A DNA stretch of 64,000 bases from an uncultured Actinomycetes bacterium (GTDB lineage Bacteria > Actinomycetota > Acidimicrobiia > IMCC26256 > JACDBD01): NCBI GenBank assembly GCA_963836445.1, contig CAWIJM010000031.1, positions 18,680 through 82,679 of the forward strand. The letters run 5' to 3'. This document shows positions 22,065 through 33,535 of this stretch, in pieces (the first letter of the stretch is position 1; each line of letters opens with the position of its first letter). The position numbers were made by a program, and so were the translations under genes. The notes under the pieces are model-generated. The model was not told the DNA's origin, ran no database searches, and saw only the letters and a program-made list of their open reading frames with translations.

Positions 22065-22817
22065 CTATACGCGCTCGGCGACGCGGTACACGGAGACGTG
22101 CTTGACGCTGTCGCCGGTGAACGGCTCCCGCTCCCAGCCGCCCCAGCGGTGCTCGAGCCGGAGCCCCGCGGCGTCGGCCATGAGGTCGAGCTCGCTCGGG
22201 TAGGAGTACCGGATGCGAACAGGCCAGGTACGTATGCTCTCGTTCCCGAGTTGGACGAGCAGCGACTCGACGCGCTGGGCGGCGGCATCGTGACGGCTCA
22301 CGGATAACAGCACCGAGTCGTCGCCGACGTGCCTGACTTCGACGTGCTGGTCTCGCTCGAACCGACTCGGATCGGGGACGAACGCTTCGACCACGAACCG
22401 GCCGCCTGGCGACAGATGATCGGCGACGCGCTCGAAGCAGCGCCGTTGCGCGTCGCGGTCGAGCAGCGCGAACAACGTGTTGTAGACGACGCAGATCAGC
22501 GCGAAGCGACCGTCGACGGACACGTCGGCGAAGTCGCCGATGGCGACCGGGATGCGGTCACCACCTGGCTTGGCCCTCAGCTTCGCGACCATCGCCTCGC
22601 TGGCGTCGATCCCGGAGACCGCGACGCCGCGGTCGGCGAGCGGCAGGGCGAGCCTCCCGGTCCCGATGGCGAGCTCGAGAACCGGGCCGGTCCCGGCCAG
22701 CTCCGCCAGGCACGCCGCCGCCGCCTCGGCGTCAGGCGGGTGCGTGGGGAGCTCGTCGTAGACGTCGGCGATGCGGTCGCCGTAGGCGGCGGCGTCGTAA
22801 CCTTCCCGGCCGTCCAC
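22065..22817 (-). CDS. Class I SAM-dependent methyltransferase
   Basis: LELAIGTGRLALPL, GIDASEAM, ELDLMA. Confidence 0.85.
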   Translation of the reverse strand: MDGREGYDAAAYGDRIADVYDELPTHPPDAEAAAACLAELAGTGPVLELAIGTGRLALPLADRGVAVSGIDASEAMVAKLRAKPGGDRIPVAIGDFADVSVDGRFALICVVYNTLFALLDRDAQRRCFERVADHLSPGGRFVVEAFVPDPSRFERDQHVEVRHVGDDSVLLSVSRHDAAAQRVESLLVQLGNESIRTWPVRIRYSYPSELDLMADAAGLRLEHRWGGWEREPFTGDSVKHVSVYRVAERV

Positions 22818-22931
22818 AGGTCGATTGCATCAGATGCGCCGGCCGCCGGCGGACGTTTTGTCGGACTGCATCGATCTGGGCCTCGCCCTACGCTGGCCTC
22901 CATCCGTTCACCCCGAGGGGGAGATTCGTCG

Positions 22932-24087
22932 ATGAGCCGCACTGGAGACCGCAGGCATCGGACTCGCCCAGGCCACCGTCGAACCGCGGTCGTTCGCGGC
23001 CTACGGCGCCGACGTCACGCCCCGCATGCGCTGGTTCACCGATGGGCTCCGCCGCCTCATGGTCGAGCAGGGGTACCACGAGCTGCCCGAGCCGGGCCCC
23101 GACGTCCAGGTGTGCTCAACCACCTCGACGCCGAGAAGGCCCGCCCGTATCGGCGGAAGTCGGCGCCCACGTTCGTCGTCGGCCTCGCCGACGTGGGCGA
23201 CCCCCCGGAGGACGTCCTCCGCACCGGCTACCCGCTGCTGGTGCGGGCACTCGCCAACCTCAGCGTGATGGTGAGCGTCGACGACGGCTTGCCCGCTGCG
23301 CACTTCGTGACGCTCGAGCAGGGCACGTACTCGGTGCGCCACGACGGGCGACGACGACGAGTTCTTCGCCGAGGTGTTCGAGCGCATCGAGCCGCTGGCG
23401 TCGTCGCGGCTCGTGATCGCGAACGAGTTCCGCACCGACCTGCCCGAGGAGCTGTGGCAGGGCGACGACCACACCCGTCAGATCCGCCGGGCCGGCGAGC
23501 ACCTCGGCGCGCTCGACCTGCTGCCGGCGGCGTTCCCGATCGAGGAGATCCTGTCGGACCGCGACCTGCGCCACGTGAAGCTGCTCTACGGGATCGGCGG
23601 GCTCAGCTACGGGAACGTGAGCGCTCGCCGCACCGCCGAGCGGCGACGCTCGGCCCGGAGTACTGGATGAGCGCGAGCGGCGTCGACAAGTCGGCGCTGA
23701 GCGAGGTCGGCAAGCACATCCTGCTCGTCCAGGGCTACGACGCCGAGCGCGACACGATGATCCTGAGCGTCCCGCCCGACGTGAAGCCCAACCGGGTCTC
23801 GGTCGACGCCATCGAGCACTGGATGATCTACCACGAGCATCCCGAGGTCGGCGCGATCCTCCACGTGCCACGCATGGATGGAAGGCATCGACTCGACGGA
23901 GATCAACTACCCGTGCGGCACGGTCGAGCTGGCGGGCGCGGTCGCGGAGCTCGTGCGCGAGGCGCCCGACCCCGCCCACGCCGTCGTCGGCCAGCGCAAC
24001 CACGGCCTCACCATCACCGGCGAAAGCCTCGACGAGATCTTCGACCGCATCGACGGCAAGCTCGTCCGCAAGGTCCCGATGGACTGA
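22932..24087 (+). CDS. Class II aldolase/adducin domain protein with N-terminal extension (frameshifted)
   Basis: GGLSYGNVSAR, WMSASGVDK, SVDAIEHWMIY, AILHVH, NHGL. Confidence 0.75.
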
Positions 24088-24094
24088 CGTAGCG

Positions 24095-25565
24095 CTACGC
24101 AGGCGGTCGTCCAGGAGATGGTTGAGGAGCTGGGGGTTGCCCTGGCCCTTGGTCGCCTTCATCGCCTGGCCCATCAGGAACCCGCGCTTCTTCTTGCGGG
24201 ACTTGTCGTCGCCGGCGCGGTAGTCGGCGACGACGTCGGGGTGGTCGGCGATGATCTCGTCGACGATCGACGCCAGCTCACCCTCGTCGCTGACCTGCGC
24301 GAGTCCCCGCTCCTCGACGACCTGCTTCGGCCGCTTCGGCTCGCGCAGACACTCGGCGAGCACGTCCTTGGCCAGGTTCCGTGACAGCGTGCCGTCGGCG
24401 ACGAGGCCGACGAGCTCGGCGAGCCCGTCGGGCGCGAGCGGCAGTGCGCCGGGCGCCAAGCCCGTCTCGTGCAGGTACCCGAGCACCTCGCCGATAGCAC
24501 CAGTTCACGACGTCCTTCGGCGTGCCACCCCGCAAGCGCGACCACCGCCGCCTCGGCGTACTCGTCGAGACCGGGCGTGCCGATGAGCACGCGGGCCTCG
24601 TGCTCGCCGATCCCCCACTCCGACACCAGGCGGGCCCGCACGGCCGCCGGCAGCTCCGGCATCCCCGCCCGGACGCGTTCGCGCATCGGACCGTCGGGTG
24701 CCACGGGGACGAGGTCGGGCTCGGGGAAGTAGCGGTAGTCGAACGCACCCTCCTTCGTGCGCATCGAGTGGGTGACGCCGGCGTCCTCGTCCCAATGGCG
24801 CGTCTCCTGCACGACCCGCTCGCCGGCCTCCAGCAGCACGGTCTGGCGCTCGATCTCGTACTCGAGCGCCCGGCCGAGCGACCGGATCGAGTTCATGTTC
24901 TTGACCTCGACCTTGGTGCCGAGCTCGGTCGCCCCGGCCGGGCGGAGCGACACGTTGGCGTCGATGCGGAACGAGCCCTCCTCCATCTTCACGTCGGACA
25001 CGCCGATCGTCTGGAGGATGCCGCGCAGCTCGTTGGCATAGGCACGCGCCTGCTCGGCGGTGCGGAGGTCGGGCCGGCTCACGATCTCCATGAGCGGGAT
25101 GCCGGCGCGGTTGTAGTCGACCAGCGAGTGGTCGGCTTCGTGGATGCGCCCGCCGCCTCCGACGTGGATCGTCTTGCCGGTGTCCTCCTCCATGTGCGCG
25201 CGCTCGATGCCGACACGGAATCCGTCGACCTCGAGCGATCCGTCGACGCTGATCGGCTCGTCGTACTGGCTCATCTGATAGTCCTTCGGCATGTCGGGAT
25301 AGAAGTAGTTCTTGCGGTGGAAGAGCGAGTGGTCCGGCACCGTGCAGTTCAGCGCCTCGCCGACGCGCAGCGCGAACTCGACCGCCTTCTCGTCGAGCAC
25401 CGGCAGCGAGCCCGGCAGCCCCAGGCACACCGGGCAGATGTTCGTGTTCGGCTCGGCGCCGAACTCGTTCTTGCACGCGCAGAACAGCTTCGTCGCGGTG
25501 GCCAGCTCGACGTGCACTTCGAGGCCGATCACCGCCTCCCACGTCGCGGCGGTCGTGGTGGTCAT
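24095..25565 (-). CDS. gatB: Asp/Glu-tRNA amidotransferase subunit B (frameshifted)
   Basis: IGLEVHVEL, RKNYFYPDMPK, DYNRAGIPLMEIV, YRYFPEPDL. Confidence 0.96.
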
Positions 25566-25579
25566 GCGAGACTCCCGCC

Positions 25580-26557
25580 GTGACCGAACGTCCCGATCCG
25601 AACGCGTTCACGATCGAGCGCCGCGAGGTGCGCAACGGCGTGTCGCTCGCGTACGTGCACGAGGGCGTCGGCGGCACGCCGATCGTGCTGATTCACGGCT
25701 ACCCGGAGACCAAGCGCATCTGGTGGCGCAACATCGCGCCGCTCGCCGACGCCGGCTTCGAGGTGATCGCGCCCGGACCTGCGCGGCTTCGGCGACTCCG
25801 ACCTCGCGCCCGACGGCTTCTACGACGTCACCGCGTACTCGCTCGACCTGTACGCGCTCGTCCACGACGTCCTCGGGCACGAGCGCTGCGCGGTCGTGGG
25901 CGGCGACCTCGGCGGCGTCATCCTCTACGACCTCGCGCTCCGCTACCCCGGGTTCGTGGACCGCATCTGCGTGTTCAACACGCTCGTGATCCTGCACGAC
26001 GACCTCTTCGAGGCGGCCGGCATCCCGCCCGACGACGGCCGCGACACCCGGCCGACGGCCGACTACTTCCGCCGCCAGGGCCAGGAGCCCGAGGCGCTCA
26101 TCGCCGAGCTCGACACGCCCGCCCGCCGCCGCGCCTGGGTGGCCGACATGTACGGGCACCGCCTGTGGGCCGCGCCCGGGCACTTCACCGCCGACGACGT
26201 CGACTTCATGACCGAGCCGTTCGCCGACGCCGAGCGGCTGCGCGCGAGCTGGGGCAGCTACGAGACCGCGTTCGGCAACCGGGCCATGGAGGACGTGCCC
26301 AGGCTGTTCGAGCCGTGCCCGCAGCCGGGGCTGGTGCTGTACGGCCCCGACGACAACGTGGTGCCCGCCTCGTTCCCCGACCGGGCCCGCCTCGGCTTCC
26401 CGACTGCGTCGGCCCGTTCGTCGTCCCGGATGCCGGCCACTTCCTCCAATGGGAGCAGGCCGACGTGCTCAACCGGGCGCTTGCGCACTTTGCCGCTGAC
26501 ACGAACGCTGCACTCACGGCGCAGCCGCCTCGATCGCGCGCGCAACCCGGAACATGA
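25580..26557 (+). CDS. Alpha/beta hydrolase, epoxide-hydrolase-like (frameshifted; 3' end approximate)
   Basis: [20 protein letters not shown] nucleophile elbow, AGHFLQWE. Confidence 0.85.
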   Translation: MTERPDPNAFTIERREVRNGVSLAYVHEGVGGTPIVLIHGYPETKRIWWRNIAPLADAGFEVIAPGPARLRRLRPRARRLLRRHRVLARPVRARPRRPRARALRGRGRRPRRRHPLRPRAPLPRVRGPHLRVQHARDPARRPLRGGRHPARRRPRHPADGRLLPPPGPGARGAHRRARHARPPPRLGGRHVRAPPVGRARALHRRRRRLHDRAVRRRRAAARELGQLRDRVRQPGHGGRAQAVRAVPAAGAGAVRPRRQRGARLVPRPGPPRLPDCVGPFVVPDAGHFLQWEQADVLNRALAHFAADTNAALTAQPPRSRAQPGT

Positions 26558-27936
26558 CGGGTTCACCCAGCGCGGGCGCGAGCACCTGCACCCCGATCGG
26601 CAGCCCGTCGGCGTCGGCGCCGAACGGCACGCTGGTCGCCGGGTGCCCGGCGAGGTTCGTCGGCACCGTGCACACGTCCGACAGGTACATCGACAGCGGG
26701 TCGGAGGTTTTCGCGCCCAGCTCGAACGCGGTCGTGGGCGAGGTGGGCCCGAGCAACGCGTCGAACTGGTCGTAGGCGCGGTCGAAGTCGCGGATGATGA
26801 GCGTGCGGACGCGCTGCGCCTGGCCGTAGTAGGCGTCGTAGTAGCCGGCCGACAGCGCGTACGTCCCGAGCATGATCCTGCGCTTCACCTCGGGGCCGAA
26901 GCCGGCGTCGCGCGTCGCTCGCGTTCATGGTGGCGGCGTCGGGGCCGTCGACCCGGAGCCCGTAGCGCACGCCGTCGTAGCGGGCGAGGTTGCTCGACGC
27001 TTCCGCCGGTGCGATCAGGTAGTACGCCGACAACCCGTACTCCGCGCTCGGCACCGACACCCGCTCGACCGTCGCGCCCTCCTTCTCGAGGGCGAGCGCC
27101 GCTTGCTCGACCGCCGCCGCCACCTCGGGTTGGACGCCGTCGGCGTCGGCGAGCTCCTCCACGATCCCGACCCGAAGCCCGTCGACCCCGGCGTCGACGA
27201 CCTCGCGTAGAAGGGGTACGGGCTCGGCGATCGAGGTCGAGTCGAGCGCGTCGTGCCCGGCGATCACCTCGAGCAGGAGCGCGGCGTCCGCTACAGACTG
27301 AGTGAGCGGCCCGATCTGGTCGAGCGAGCTGGCGAACGCGATCAGCCCGTAACGAGACACGAGCCCGTACGTCGGCTTGATCCCGACGACTCCGCTCAAT
27401 GCAGCGGGCTGGCGGATCGAGCCGCCGGTGTCCGAGCCCAGTCCGACGGCGGCGAACCCGGCGGCGACCGCGGCCGCAGACCCGCCGCTCGAACCGCCGG
27501 GGACCCGGTCGGGGCGGCGCGGGTTGCGGGTCGGGCCGAAGGCCGAGTTCTCGGTCGACGAGCCCATGGCGAACTCGTCGAGGTTCGTCTTCCCGATCGG
27601 GATCCCGCCGGCGGCCACGACCCGCTCGACGACCGTCGCCGAGTACGGCGGGCGCCATCCCTCGAGGATCTTCGACGAGCACGTGGTGGGGATCCCGCGG
27701 GTGCACATGTTGTCCTTGAGCGCGACCGGAACGCCGGCCAGTGGCCCGGGATCGTCGCCGCGCGCGACGACCGCGTCGACGGCATCGGCGGCGACACGCG
27801 CCTCGTCCGCGAGCACGTGGTTGAACGCGTGCAACTCCGTCTCGCGCGCCTCGATCCGCGCCAAGTGCTCCTCGAGGACATCGCCCGCCGCACGCTCTCC
27901 GGCCCGCACCGCCCACGCAATGTCGACCGCGGTCAC
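26514..27936 (-). CDS. gatA: Asp/Glu-tRNA amidotransferase subunit A (frameshifted)
   Basis: [56 protein letters not shown]. Confidence 0.96.
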
Positions 27937-28244
27937 GGTTCCTCGCCCAGAATGCGCGGGACACGGAACTGGCCGTCCTCGGCCGCCGGCGCTTCCGCCA
28001 ATACCTCGTCGCGGTCAAGGCCGGGCTGTGGATCGTCGGGCCGGAAGACGTTGACCAACGGCAGCGGGTGCGCGGTCGGCGGCACGTCGGCGGTGTCGAG
28101 CGCCGAGACTTCAGCGGCATAGTCGACGATCGCTCCCAGCTCCCCCGTGAGCTGCTCGATCTCGTCGTCGGTGAGCGCGAGCCGGGCGAGCATGGCGACG
28201 TGCTCGACGTCGGCCCGGGTGATGCGCGCGCTCTCGGGTGCCAT
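27933..28244 (-). CDS. gatC: Asp/Glu-tRNA amidotransferase subunit C
   Basis: VEHVAMLARL, PTAHPLPLVNVFRPD, FRVPRIL. Confidence 0.95.
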   Translation of the reverse strand: MAPESARITRADVEHVAMLARLALTDDEIEQLTGELGAIVDYAAEVSALDTADVPPTAHPLPLVNVFRPDDPQPGLDRDEVLAEAPAAEDGQFRVPRILGEEP

Positions 28245-28309
28245 TTCTCTCCTGTCGCCGTCGCAAGCTCCGGCTTTGCGGTGACGGTCGGCAAAGCCGC
28301 CGCCACCGC
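28245..28309 (-). repeat. Structured element copy 2 (leader of gatC)
   Basis: GCGGTGGCGG CGGC TTT GCCG A CCGTCACCGC AAA GCCG GAGCTTGCGA CGGC GACAGGAGAGAA-ATG; TAGACT at 28314-28319. Confidence 0.9.
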
Positions 28310-28338
28310 GCGGAGTCTACGGATCAGCTGCCCGCGCC

Positions 28339-29196
28339 TCAGCGGCGTTTGGACCGCGGTCCCGACCCGTAGTCGCCGAACGGGTCGTCGCGCTCGCGCA
28401 CGGCGTCGCGGAACCCGATCTCGCCGGACCGGGCCACGAAGTCGAGGCCCTCCTGCGTGTGCCGCGCGACGCCGTCGAACAGCGTGCCCAGCGTCCGGGT
28501 CGAGGCCATCCCCATGCTCTCGGCCGTCTGGTTGCACAACAGCTTCAGCATCTGGAGCTGGTTGAGCGGCAGCCGGGCCATGCGCCGCGCCAAGGCGGCC
28601 GCATGTTCCTGGAGCTCCCCGTCGGGAACGGCCTCGAGGATCAAGCCGATGCGAGCCGCCTCGGGCGCGGGGATCTCGTCGCCGGTGAGCAGGTAGCGCT
28701 TCGCCTGCTCCAAGCCCATGCGGTACACCCACATCGCCGTGGTGGGCGTGCCCCACACGCGTGCCGGCGGATAGCCGAACACCGCGCTCTCGCCGGCCAC
28801 GATGAGGTCGGCGCACAGGACCATGTCGGTGCCGCCGGCGATGCACCAGCCCTGCACGGCGGCGATCGTCGGCTTCGACGCGTACCAGAGCTTCATGTAC
28901 GTGGCGACGAACCGCGACATCATCTGGTAGTCGGCGACCGAGTCCCACACCCGCTCGCGCGCCTCCCCCTCCGCGGCCTGCGCCTGCGTCGACCAGTCCA
29001 GCCCGTACCCGGCGCAGAACGCGGGCCCGTCGGCGCGCAGGAGGATCACGCGGACGTCACGGTCTGCGTCGGCGTCGTCGATCGCGGCCGCGAGCTCGTC
29101 ACGCAGCTCGGGGGTGATCGTGTTGTACTCCTCGGGCCGGCTGAGCACGACCGAGCGCACGCCGGCATCGGTCTCGGTGCGGACGGCGGTCGACAC
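28339..29196 (-). CDS. Enoyl-CoA hydratase/crotonase family protein
   Basis: AFCAGYGL, KPTIAAVQGWCIAGG, LLTGDEI. Confidence 0.88.
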   Translation of the reverse strand: MSTAVRTETDAGVRSVVLSRPEEYNTITPELRDELAAAIDDADADRDVRVILLRADGPAFCAGYGLDWSTQAQAAEGEARERVWDSVADYQMMSRFVATYMKLWYASKPTIAAVQGWCIAGGTDMVLCADLIVAGESAVFGYPPARVWGTPTTAMWVYRMGLEQAKRYLLTGDEIPAPEAARIGLILEAVPDGELQEHAAALARRMARLPLNQLQMLKLLCNQTAESMGMASTRTLGTLFDGVARHTQEGLDFVARSGEIGFRDAVRERDDPFGDYGSGPRSKRR

Positions 29197-29210
29197 GGCA
29201 GACGGCCGGG

Positions 29211-29519
29211 TCAGGCGTACGGGTCGCCCGGGTTCCCCGGGTGCTTCCACCAGTCGTCGGGAGCGGGCGACCACTCCGGATCGGGGTAGATGCAGTCGAC
29301 CGGGCAGACGGGGACGCACTTCAGGCAGCCGCTGCACAGCTCCGGGACGATGATCACGTCGATGCCGTGATTGAAGATCGCGCCGAATTGCTCCGGGCAG
29401 TGGCGGAGACACGCGTCGCAGTTGATGCACTCGGACATCTCGATGCGCAGCGGCACGTTCTGCCACTTGGGGTTGCGCTCGTGCGCCTCGATGCGCTCGT
29501 CACGCGTCTTCGCCGGCAC
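29211..29519 (-). CDS. 4Fe-4S dicluster ferredoxin
   Basis: CINCDACLRHCP and CSGCLKCVPVCP; TAGGCT -10 box 6 nt before GTG. Confidence 0.9.
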   Translation of the reverse strand: MPAKTRDERIEAHERNPKWQNVPLRIEMSECINCDACLRHCPEQFGAIFNHGIDVIIVPELCSGCLKCVPVCPVDCIYPDPEWSPAPDDWWKHPGNPGDPYA

Positions 29520-29605
29520 GAAGCCAGCCTAGACCGGGAACTAGACCGCTCGGTCAAGCAGCGTTACGATCCCGCGCCGTTCGGGCGACGCTCTGAGGAG
29601 GATCG

Positions 29606-30001
29606 GTGGCGGAGAAGCATCAGTTCCTGTCGGACGACTGGTTCGCGATCGTCGAGAAGCTGGTCGAGGAGCACGGGGCCGACGCGCCGGCGCAGGCGAA
29701 CGTGATGGTCAACCTCGTCATCACGGACACGCCGTTCGGCGACGAGCGACAGATGCACATGGGCGCACGTGACGGCAAGGGGCACTGGGGCATCGGCCAC
29801 GCGTCCGACGCCGACGTCACGCTCACCACCGACTACACGACGGCCAAGCAGGTGTTCGTCTCGGGCGACCCGAACGCGGGGATGCAGGCGTTCATGCAGG
29901 GCAAGGTCCGCGTGCAGGGCGACATGGCCAAGCTCATGGCGTCGCAACAGGGCGGCGGAAACCCCGCACTGCAAGAGGCGATCCAGGGCATCACCGAGTA
30001 G
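29606..30001 (+). CDS. SCP2 sterol-binding domain protein
   Basis: FLSDDW, MQAFMQGKVRVQGDMAKLM. Confidence 0.88.
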   Translation: MAEKHQFLSDDWFAIVEKLVEEHGADAPAQANVMVNLVITDTPFGDERQMHMGARDGKGHWGIGHASDADVTLTTDYTTAKQVFVSGDPNAGMQAFMQGKVRVQGDMAKLMASQQGGGNPALQEAIQGITE

Positions 30002-30009
30002 CGGCCGCG

Positions 30010-31347
30010 TCACCCCTCGACCGCGAACAAGCGCCACTCGCCGGGGACGCCCTTGAGGGCGTGCTCGCCTCGGTCGGTGAACGTGAGCCCCGCCCCGGCG
30101 ACGAGGTCGACAACGGTGCGGGACACGAGCACCTCGCTCGCTCCGGCGGCGGCGGCGACCCGGGCCGCGAGGTGGACGGCGATACCGGCGATGTCCCCCT
30201 CCCGCATCTCCACCTCCCCCGTGTGGACTCCGGCGCGCACCTCGAGCCCGAGCGCACCCACCGCGTCGCGGATCGCCACTGCGCACCGGATGGCCCGGGC
30301 CGGACCGTCGAACGTCGCGAGGAAGCCGTCCCCGGTCGTGTTCACCTCGCGACCCTGGAAGCGCTCGAGCTGCCGCCTGACCTGGGCGTCGTGCCGAGTG
30401 AGGAGCTCCTTCCACCGCTCGTCGCCGAGCTCGACCGCCCACTTCGTGGAGTCGACGACGTCGGTGAACAGCACCGTGGCCAGCACGCGCTCGACCGCGG
30501 GCAGCGGGCGGACGCCCGTGAGGAACTCCTCGATCTCGTCGACGACCGCGTCGGCGTCGCCGGTGAAGAAGAGGTGGTCGGTGCCGTCGAGCTCGACGAA
30601 CTTGGCCCCGGGGATGTGGTCGGCGAGGTAGCGACCCATCTCGACGGACACCATGCGGTCGTCCCGTCGGTGGAGCACGAGGGTCGGCACCTGGATCGTC
30701 GGCAGCACGTCCCGGATGTCCATCTTCGGATAGAGCACGAAGATGTTGCGAACCATGCCCGGGCTGGCAGCCATGCGTTGCAGCCGCGCCCACCACTGCC
30801 GGAACTCGGCGTCGTCGCGCCGGCTCGGCGCCCAAGCACCGAGCCCGATGCCCTCTCCCCAGCCCTTGCCACTGACCTCGATCAGCCTCTCGAGATCCTC
30901 GGCCCTGACCCCGATGGGATAGTCGGGGGCTTCGACCAGACGGGCGTACGTCCCGTACAAGAGGAGCGCGTTCACGCGCCCGGGATTGGTAGCGGCGAAC
31001 AGCGTCGCCATCGTGCCGCCTTCGGAGACGCCCAGGACGTCGGCCCGCTCGGACCCGGCCGCGTCCATGACCGCGCGCACGTCGTCGGTGGACTCCTCGA
31101 GCGTCGGCGCGTGCGTCGCCGGGTCGGAGAGGCCGGTCCCCCGCTTGTCGAAGGTGATAACGCGCCGGAACGACGCGAGACGCGACCAGAAGTGCGCGAG
31201 CGAGGGCTGCTCCCACCCGACCTCGAGGTGCGAGATGAAGCCGGGCGCGACGACGAGATCGGGCCCGTCGCCGGTGACCGAGTACGCGATGTTGAGATCG
31301 CCACTGGTCGCATATCGAATGTCCGGAGCCCTACCCATGGCGCCCAT
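30010..31347 (-). CDS. Alpha/beta hydrolase fused to class III adenylate/guanylate cyclase (LipJ-like)
   Basis: FDKRGTGLSD, GVSEGG; FTDVVDST, TTGDGF, RAGVHTGEV. Confidence 0.9.
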   Translation of the reverse strand: MGAMGRAPDIRYATSGDLNIAYSVTGDGPDLVVAPGFISHLEVGWEQPSLAHFWSRLASFRRVITFDKRGTGLSDPATHAPTLEESTDDVRAVMDAAGSERADVLGVSEGGTMATLFAATNPGRVNALLLYGTYARLVEAPDYPIGVRAEDLERLIEVSGKGWGEGIGLGAWAPSRRDDAEFRQWWARLQRMAASPGMVRNIFVLYPKMDIRDVLPTIQVPTLVLHRRDDRMVSVEMGRYLADHIPGAKFVELDGTDHLFFTGDADAVVDEIEEFLTGVRPLPAVERVLATVLFTDVVDSTKWAVELGDERWKELLTRHDAQVRRQLERFQGREVNTTGDGFLATFDGPARAIRCAVAIRDAVGALGLEVRAGVHTGEVEMREGDIAGIAVHLAARVAAAAGASEVLVSRTVVDLVAGAGLTFTDRGEHALKGVPGEWRLFAVEG

Positions 31348-31357
31348 GGTCGCGCCG

Positions 31358-32842
31358 TTACGCGGCCCGGGCCACGCTGAGCCGTGCCGGCCGGTCGGCC
31401 GACTGCACGAACGCGGCGCCGACGATGCCGACGACGGCGACGATCCCCCCGACGAGGTAGGCGACCGTGAACGACCCGGTGCTCGACCCGCCCCCTTGGA
31501 CCGTGGACAGCACCTGGATGCCGGCGACGACGCCGATCTGGGTGACCATCACCTGGGCCGCGTTCGCGACGCCGAGACTCTCCGTCTCGACCGCGTTCGC
31601 CGCCGAGCTGATCAATGACGGTTGCGACGCTCCGAGGCCCAACCCCGACAGGACCAGCGCCCCGAAGACGAGGGCGATCGCCTCCGTCGACGCACCGAGC
31701 GCGAAGCACGCCATCGACACGACGATGAGGGCGCAGCCGAGCACGCTGGCCCGCCGCTCGCCCACGCGGACGGCGACGTAGCCCGCCACCGGAGACGACA
31801 CGCTGAAGCTGAGCGGGCGGCAGATCATCGCCAGCGACGTGGCCGCGACGGTGAAGCCGAAGACCCGCTCCATCAGCAGTGGCGTCACGATGAAGCCGCC
31901 CATGTAGCCGAAGTTCGACGTGAACTGGGCGACGAGCGACGCGGTGAAGTTCCGCTCCGTGAAGAAACGCAGCGGTAGGAGCGGATGCTCAGCCCGTCGC
32001 TCGACGGCGACGAACAAGGCGAGGGCCACGGGTGCGGTCGCGAACAACCCCAGCACCAACGGCTCGGTCCAACCGACCTGGCTCCCGACGCTGAGCCCCA
32101 GCAGCGCGCCGACGGTGGCGGTCGCGAGCGTCACGGCGCCGGCGTAGTCGATCGACTCGCGCTCCATCCGCGGTGTCTCGTGCAGGATCGGGATCGCCAC
32201 CAGCAGCGCGGCGAGCGCGATCGGCGTCTGCAGCAGGAAGATCGCGCGCCAGCCGATGGCGTCGACGAGCGGACCGCCGGCGACGAGACCGAGCACCGGG
32301 GCGCCCGCGCCGACGAGCGACCACCAGCCCATCGCCTTGACCCGGTCCTCCTCGGGGAACGCCCGCATGATCAGCGCCATCGACGCCGGGCCGGTGGCCG
32401 CGCCGGGGACGGCGCCGAGCGTGCGGATCGCGATGAGCGACGAGCCGTTCCAGGCCAGGGCGGTCAGGAACGTCGCAACCGTGAAGCCGGCGAGGCCGAT
32501 GAGGTACACGCGGCGATGGCCGCGCACGTCGCCGATCTTGCCGAACAGCGGCATCGAGAGCGCGAGGGCGAGGAACGGCCCGGTGACGGTCCAGGTGAGC
32601 GCGGTCTCGCTGGCACCGAGGTCGCGGGCGACGTCGCCGAGCGAGACGGCGAGGATCGTGATCGTGAACCCGGTCGCGAACAACCCCGCGAGCGCGGTCC
32701 AGAGGACCCACCAGCGGTAACGGTCGCTCTCGCGGACGTGGCGACCGATGCGCTTGCGCAGCAGCATCGGCCACGCGACGGCGGGTACCTCCTCGCCGCC
32801 GGGGTACTCGACGACGAGCGGGGACTCAGGGTCGCGGTCCAT
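31358..32842 (-). CDS. MFS transporter (DHA2-like)
   Basis: GKIGDVRGHRR motif A, many TM segments. Confidence 0.88.
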   Translation of the reverse strand: MDRDPESPLVVEYPGGEEVPAVAWPMLLRKRIGRHVRESDRYRWWVLWTALAGLFATGFTITILAVSLGDVARDLGASETALTWTVTGPFLALALSMPLFGKIGDVRGHRRVYLIGLAGFTVATFLTALAWNGSSLIAIRTLGAVPGAATGPASMALIMRAFPEEDRVKAMGWWSLVGAGAPVLGLVAGGPLVDAIGWRAIFLLQTPIALAALLVAIPILHETPRMERESIDYAGAVTLATATVGALLGLSVGSQVGWTEPLVLGLFATAPVALALFVAVERRAEHPLLPLRFFTERNFTASLVAQFTSNFGYMGGFIVTPLLMERVFGFTVAATSLAMICRPLSFSVSSPVAGYVAVRVGERRASVLGCALIVVSMACFALGASTEAIALVFGALVLSGLGLGASQPSLISSAANAVETESLGVANAAQVMVTQIGVVAGIQVLSTVQGGGSSTGSFTVAYLVGGIVAVVGIVGAAFVQSADRPARLSVARAA

Positions 32843-33535
32843 CGGCCGGGTCGAGGCTAGTTTCCCGCCCCGTCGGGCCGATGGCCCGTCAGTGTTGTGT
32901 GTTGTCGAGCTTGTCGGGCTTGTCGAGCCGCGGGTTCGCGGTCGAACCGGTCACGCGTCTTCGAGCACCCAGAGTGTCTCAAGGTGCGCAGCGTCCTCGC
33001 GTGCGTCGGTCTCGGCGAACAGCCGCGCCGTCGCGTCTGCCCAGCGAGTCAGGTCCTCGGTCAGCAGCAGACGACCCACCGGCCGGTCCGGGCCGGGTCG
33101 GTGAGGCAGCTGGCCGTATCGCCGGCCAGGTCGCTGCGGTCGCGGTCCCGTCGTCGCCCCGTGCGGGAATCGCTTCAACGTCGCTCCCATCGGGTCCAGT
33201 GAACTGGTGGCTGAGCTCGATGCTGAACTGGTGGCCGACGGCAGGGTAAGGAGAACGGCCGCGAGCGTAAAGAGGCTGGTGACTAGCGCGCTATGGCTCG
33301 TTCGCACCATGACATGGTCATAGCCCTCTCCCACGATTCTGGACGAAGCGGCCCAAATCGGGCGACCGCGACCTCGTGACCTGCGCGCGTTCGGCGGCGG
33401 GTCCAAATGCCGCGGGACGCGACAAACGCGGGAGACGGGCATCCATCCGGCGGGGATGTGTAGCTCTAGCGGGCTATGACACGGGTCATTTCTGCGTGCT
33501 CAGCGCAAATTTTCGTCCCGCGCCGGGCGGCGCTC

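Noticed and set aside
32880-33480. Minus-strand ORF 32951-33442 with a short internal duplication (GAACTGGTGGC twice)
   Set aside because: Atypical codon usage and no recognisable domain; cannot be supported as a gene without homologues
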